Part shown: piece by piece, positions 61,501 to 64,000 of the stretch
Position numbering within the stretch: position 1 is the stretch's first letter
How the letters are laid out: every line of letters starts with the position of its first letter
Origin: Takakia lepidozioides
Taxonomy: Eukaryota > Plantae > Bryophyta
Assembly: GCA_030704615.1 (NCBI GenBank)
Contig: CM060733.1
Location: 8,432,001-8,496,000 of the forward strand
Reading direction: 5' to 3'
Length of the DNA stretch: 64,000 bases
Notes under the pieces: model-generated
The model's input: the letters and a program-made list of their open reading frames with translations, nothing else
Databases searched by the model: none
What the model was told of the DNA's origin: nothing
Position numbers and translations under genes: made by a program

Positions 61501-64000
61501 CCTCACCTTTCTGTCATCCATTTTGATCCCATCCTGTGTAATCACATGCCCCAAGAACTCCACTTTCGTGACCCCGAATTCGCACTTTGAAGCTTTGGCG
61601 TACAGCTTCCCTTCCCGCAACTTTTGGAACACCCTTTTGAGGTGCTCCAGGTGCTCCTCCTTTGTTTTCGAGTACACCAAGATGTCATCGATGTACACGA
61701 TCACAAAGTCATCCAACCACTCCTGTAAAAGGCTATTCATCAGCGTGCTAAAGGTCGCAGGTGCATTGGTGAGCCCAAAAGGCATCACCAAGAACTCATA
61801 TGAACCATACCTTGTTCTGCACGCGGTCTTCTCCTCATCTCCTTCCGCCACCCGAATTTGATGATAGCCGGAGCGCAAGTCGATCCGGCTGAAATACTTC
61901 GCTCCTGCCAACCGGTCGAAAAGGTCGTCGATCCTTGGCAAAGGGTACCGGTTTTTAATAGTCACCTTATTCAAAGCCCTGTAATCGACACACATCCGCA
62001 GCGTCCCATCCTTCTTGTCTGCGAATAGCACCGGGGCTCCGTAAGGTGACTTACTCGGCCGGATGTACCCCTTTGACATTAGATCCTTGAGCTGAGTCTT
62101 CAACTCGACCTACTCCCTGTGGCTCAACCAGTAGGGTGCCTTGGCAGGCGGTTCCGATCCCGGTATCACCTCAATCTTGTGGTCAACTCCTCTTCGCGGT
62201 GGCAAGCCGCTTGGTAAATCCTCCGGCATCACATCCTGGTATTTCTCCAAAATCCCCTTGATCCAATCTGAGCTCGGCTCCCCATCGCCTTCTCCTTTCA
62301 CTTCTCTAATGTAAAGCAAAAACTGGGGCTCGTGTGCTTCCTCCACGGCCCACTCCCTTGCTGACAGAAGGTTTATTCGCCCTCCCACGGATTTGGGCGT
62401 TTCCGACACTCGTAAGACCTCACCACCATTCCCACATGGCAGCGTGACTACTCTCTTGCGGCCATTTATGACCGCTCCGGATTTGCTCAAAAAGGTCATC
62501 CCCAAAATGAGATCCACTCCATTGATCGCGCAGATGGTGAAGTTCTCACGTCCCTCCCAACTCCCCAGTTGAAGAGGAACATCAAACGCCAACCTTGTCG
62601 CCAACTGTGGTTCTCCTTTGGCAGAACGCACCTCAATAGAGGCCCCCACGTCACTTGTCGGGAGTCCCAACTTTCGCGCCGCCGCCGACGCCATGAAGGA
62701 GTGCGACGCTCCTGTGTCCACCAACAACGACACGTTAGTTCCGGATATTATCCCATCCACGAACAATAACTGACTCCCTTTACGCAGGGCGCCAGTTTCC
62801 TGATACAACTCACAAGAATAGTTGCCCACCTTGCAAGTCCTGGCGACCACCGCTTCCACCAAGTGACTGATGGTATCTTCCGACAGCTCCGTGGTTGCCC
62901 GAGTCATGTTCAATTGTCGAGGTTTCGTGCACTTCTTGGCCATGTGCCCGGGCTCCCCGCAATTGAAACACACTCCATCAAAGGTTGCATTCTGTCCGCC
63001 ATAAGCCGCTCCACCCGCTTTTCCTTTCGAAGCACCGAGTGCCGCCTTGACGTGTGAAGGCCCTCCCTTCGATTTCCACGTGCCATTGTCGCCGCGTGGC
63101 CTATCCCACTTCTTTTCCGGTCGGAAGGAGTCACCTTCCCGCCGGGTCTTCTTATGGTTCAGCTCCGTACGGCCTTGTCTCTCACCCCTAGGGACATCCG
63201 AGAAACATTCAGCCCTCTCAATTGCCTCATTCAAAGTCTTGGGTGGCTTCTCCTCCAACTTTCGTCTGGCCCATGGGGCCAGTCCCGCCACAAAGTTGAA
63301 GACCATTTCTGGTTCTGCCATGTCCGCAACTTCGAGCAACAGCACATTGAAAGCCTGGACATACCCCCGAATGTCATCTGTTTGCTTCAAATTCCTCATC
63401 TTGTCCCGGGCAAGCCAGGACGCGTTGAGGGGCACAAACTGTCTCTTCATCAATTCTTTGAACCCACTCCAGTTCAAGGTTTCCGGGCTTGGACCTCGGT
63501 CGTGAAGACGTTTCTGCCACCATTGTTGAGCATAGCCCCTCAAATAGGTAGGAGCCACTTCCACCCGATCCTCGTCACTCAACTTGGCCCCCCGGAAGTA
63601 CTGCTCTAGCTCCAGGAGCCAGGTGTTGAGTGTCTTCCGATTTTGGACACCTTCGAAGGTGTCGGGTTCCTTAGGCTTCACCTTAAACTTTGCCTTAGTG
63701 GAAGTGGCTTTAGCCGCCTTCAACACGTCTTTCAACGTCCCGCCAAACTGCGCCAACAACCATTCCCAAAAGGCTGCCGGCATGGGAGGCATCTCTTGGT
63801 TTGTCGGAGCTCTCAAGGATTCCTCGGGCTCCGGATTCCTCCCGCTCTTGAGCGGCCTCGTTTTCGGAAACACGCATCGCTTCCTCAAACGGCCGCCTCG
63901 GTGACACGTCGCCCCCATCGGGCTCACCAGGATCATCATCTTTTGGGCCGTTCCGCTTTCGCTTCGGCTTGCCCGACCCCATGATGAGGCCAATCCCAAG
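57800..64000 (-). mobile_element. Ty3/gypsy chromovirus (gag-PR-RT-RH-IN-chromodomain), 5' end outside the window
   Basis: Gag with CFNCGEPGHMAKKC, protease LVDTGASHSF, RT YIDD, RNase H TDASD, integrase zinc-binding and DDE regions, chromodomain YEVEAIL..YLVKWKGY. There is a stop at 62110 and frameshifts at about 61420 and 60580. Confidence 0.97.

Noticed and set aside
59503-63984. Plus-strand ORFs opposite the chromovirus
   Set aside because: They are antisense shadows of gag-pol.

Overview
Eukaryotic nuclear DNA from a land plant, probably a non-seed lineage (inferred from the PLS/DYW PPR style and TE families). No intact host gene is evident. The backbone is a scrambled array of PLS-class PPR/DYW RNA-editing-factor pseudogene fragments (about 0.5-2.8, 20.6-21.1, 45.9-47.3 and 55.8-57.8 kb), split by about 53 kb of nested transposons. 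These are: (1) a Ty3/gypsy-like element (4673-15334) with protease, a C5-DNA-methyltransferase fragment and a PHD finger, whose repeats are arranged A...B-A-B with a 4-bp TSD; (2) two divergent Mutator-like elements with a GCM/WRKY-type zinc domain, one head-to-head with a spliced gene that has a ParB-like segment and an N6/N4-type methyltransferase domain and carries about 23 copies of a 24-bp palindrome in its introns; (3) a SWIM-MULE with a Ulp1 protease gene; (4) several L1 and RTE-like LINE fragments; (5) a hAT MITE; (6) a TTAA-inserting piggyBac-like element splitting a DYW domain; (7) a near-complete chromovirus running off the right end. All domain calls are motif recognition by eye, with no database searches run.
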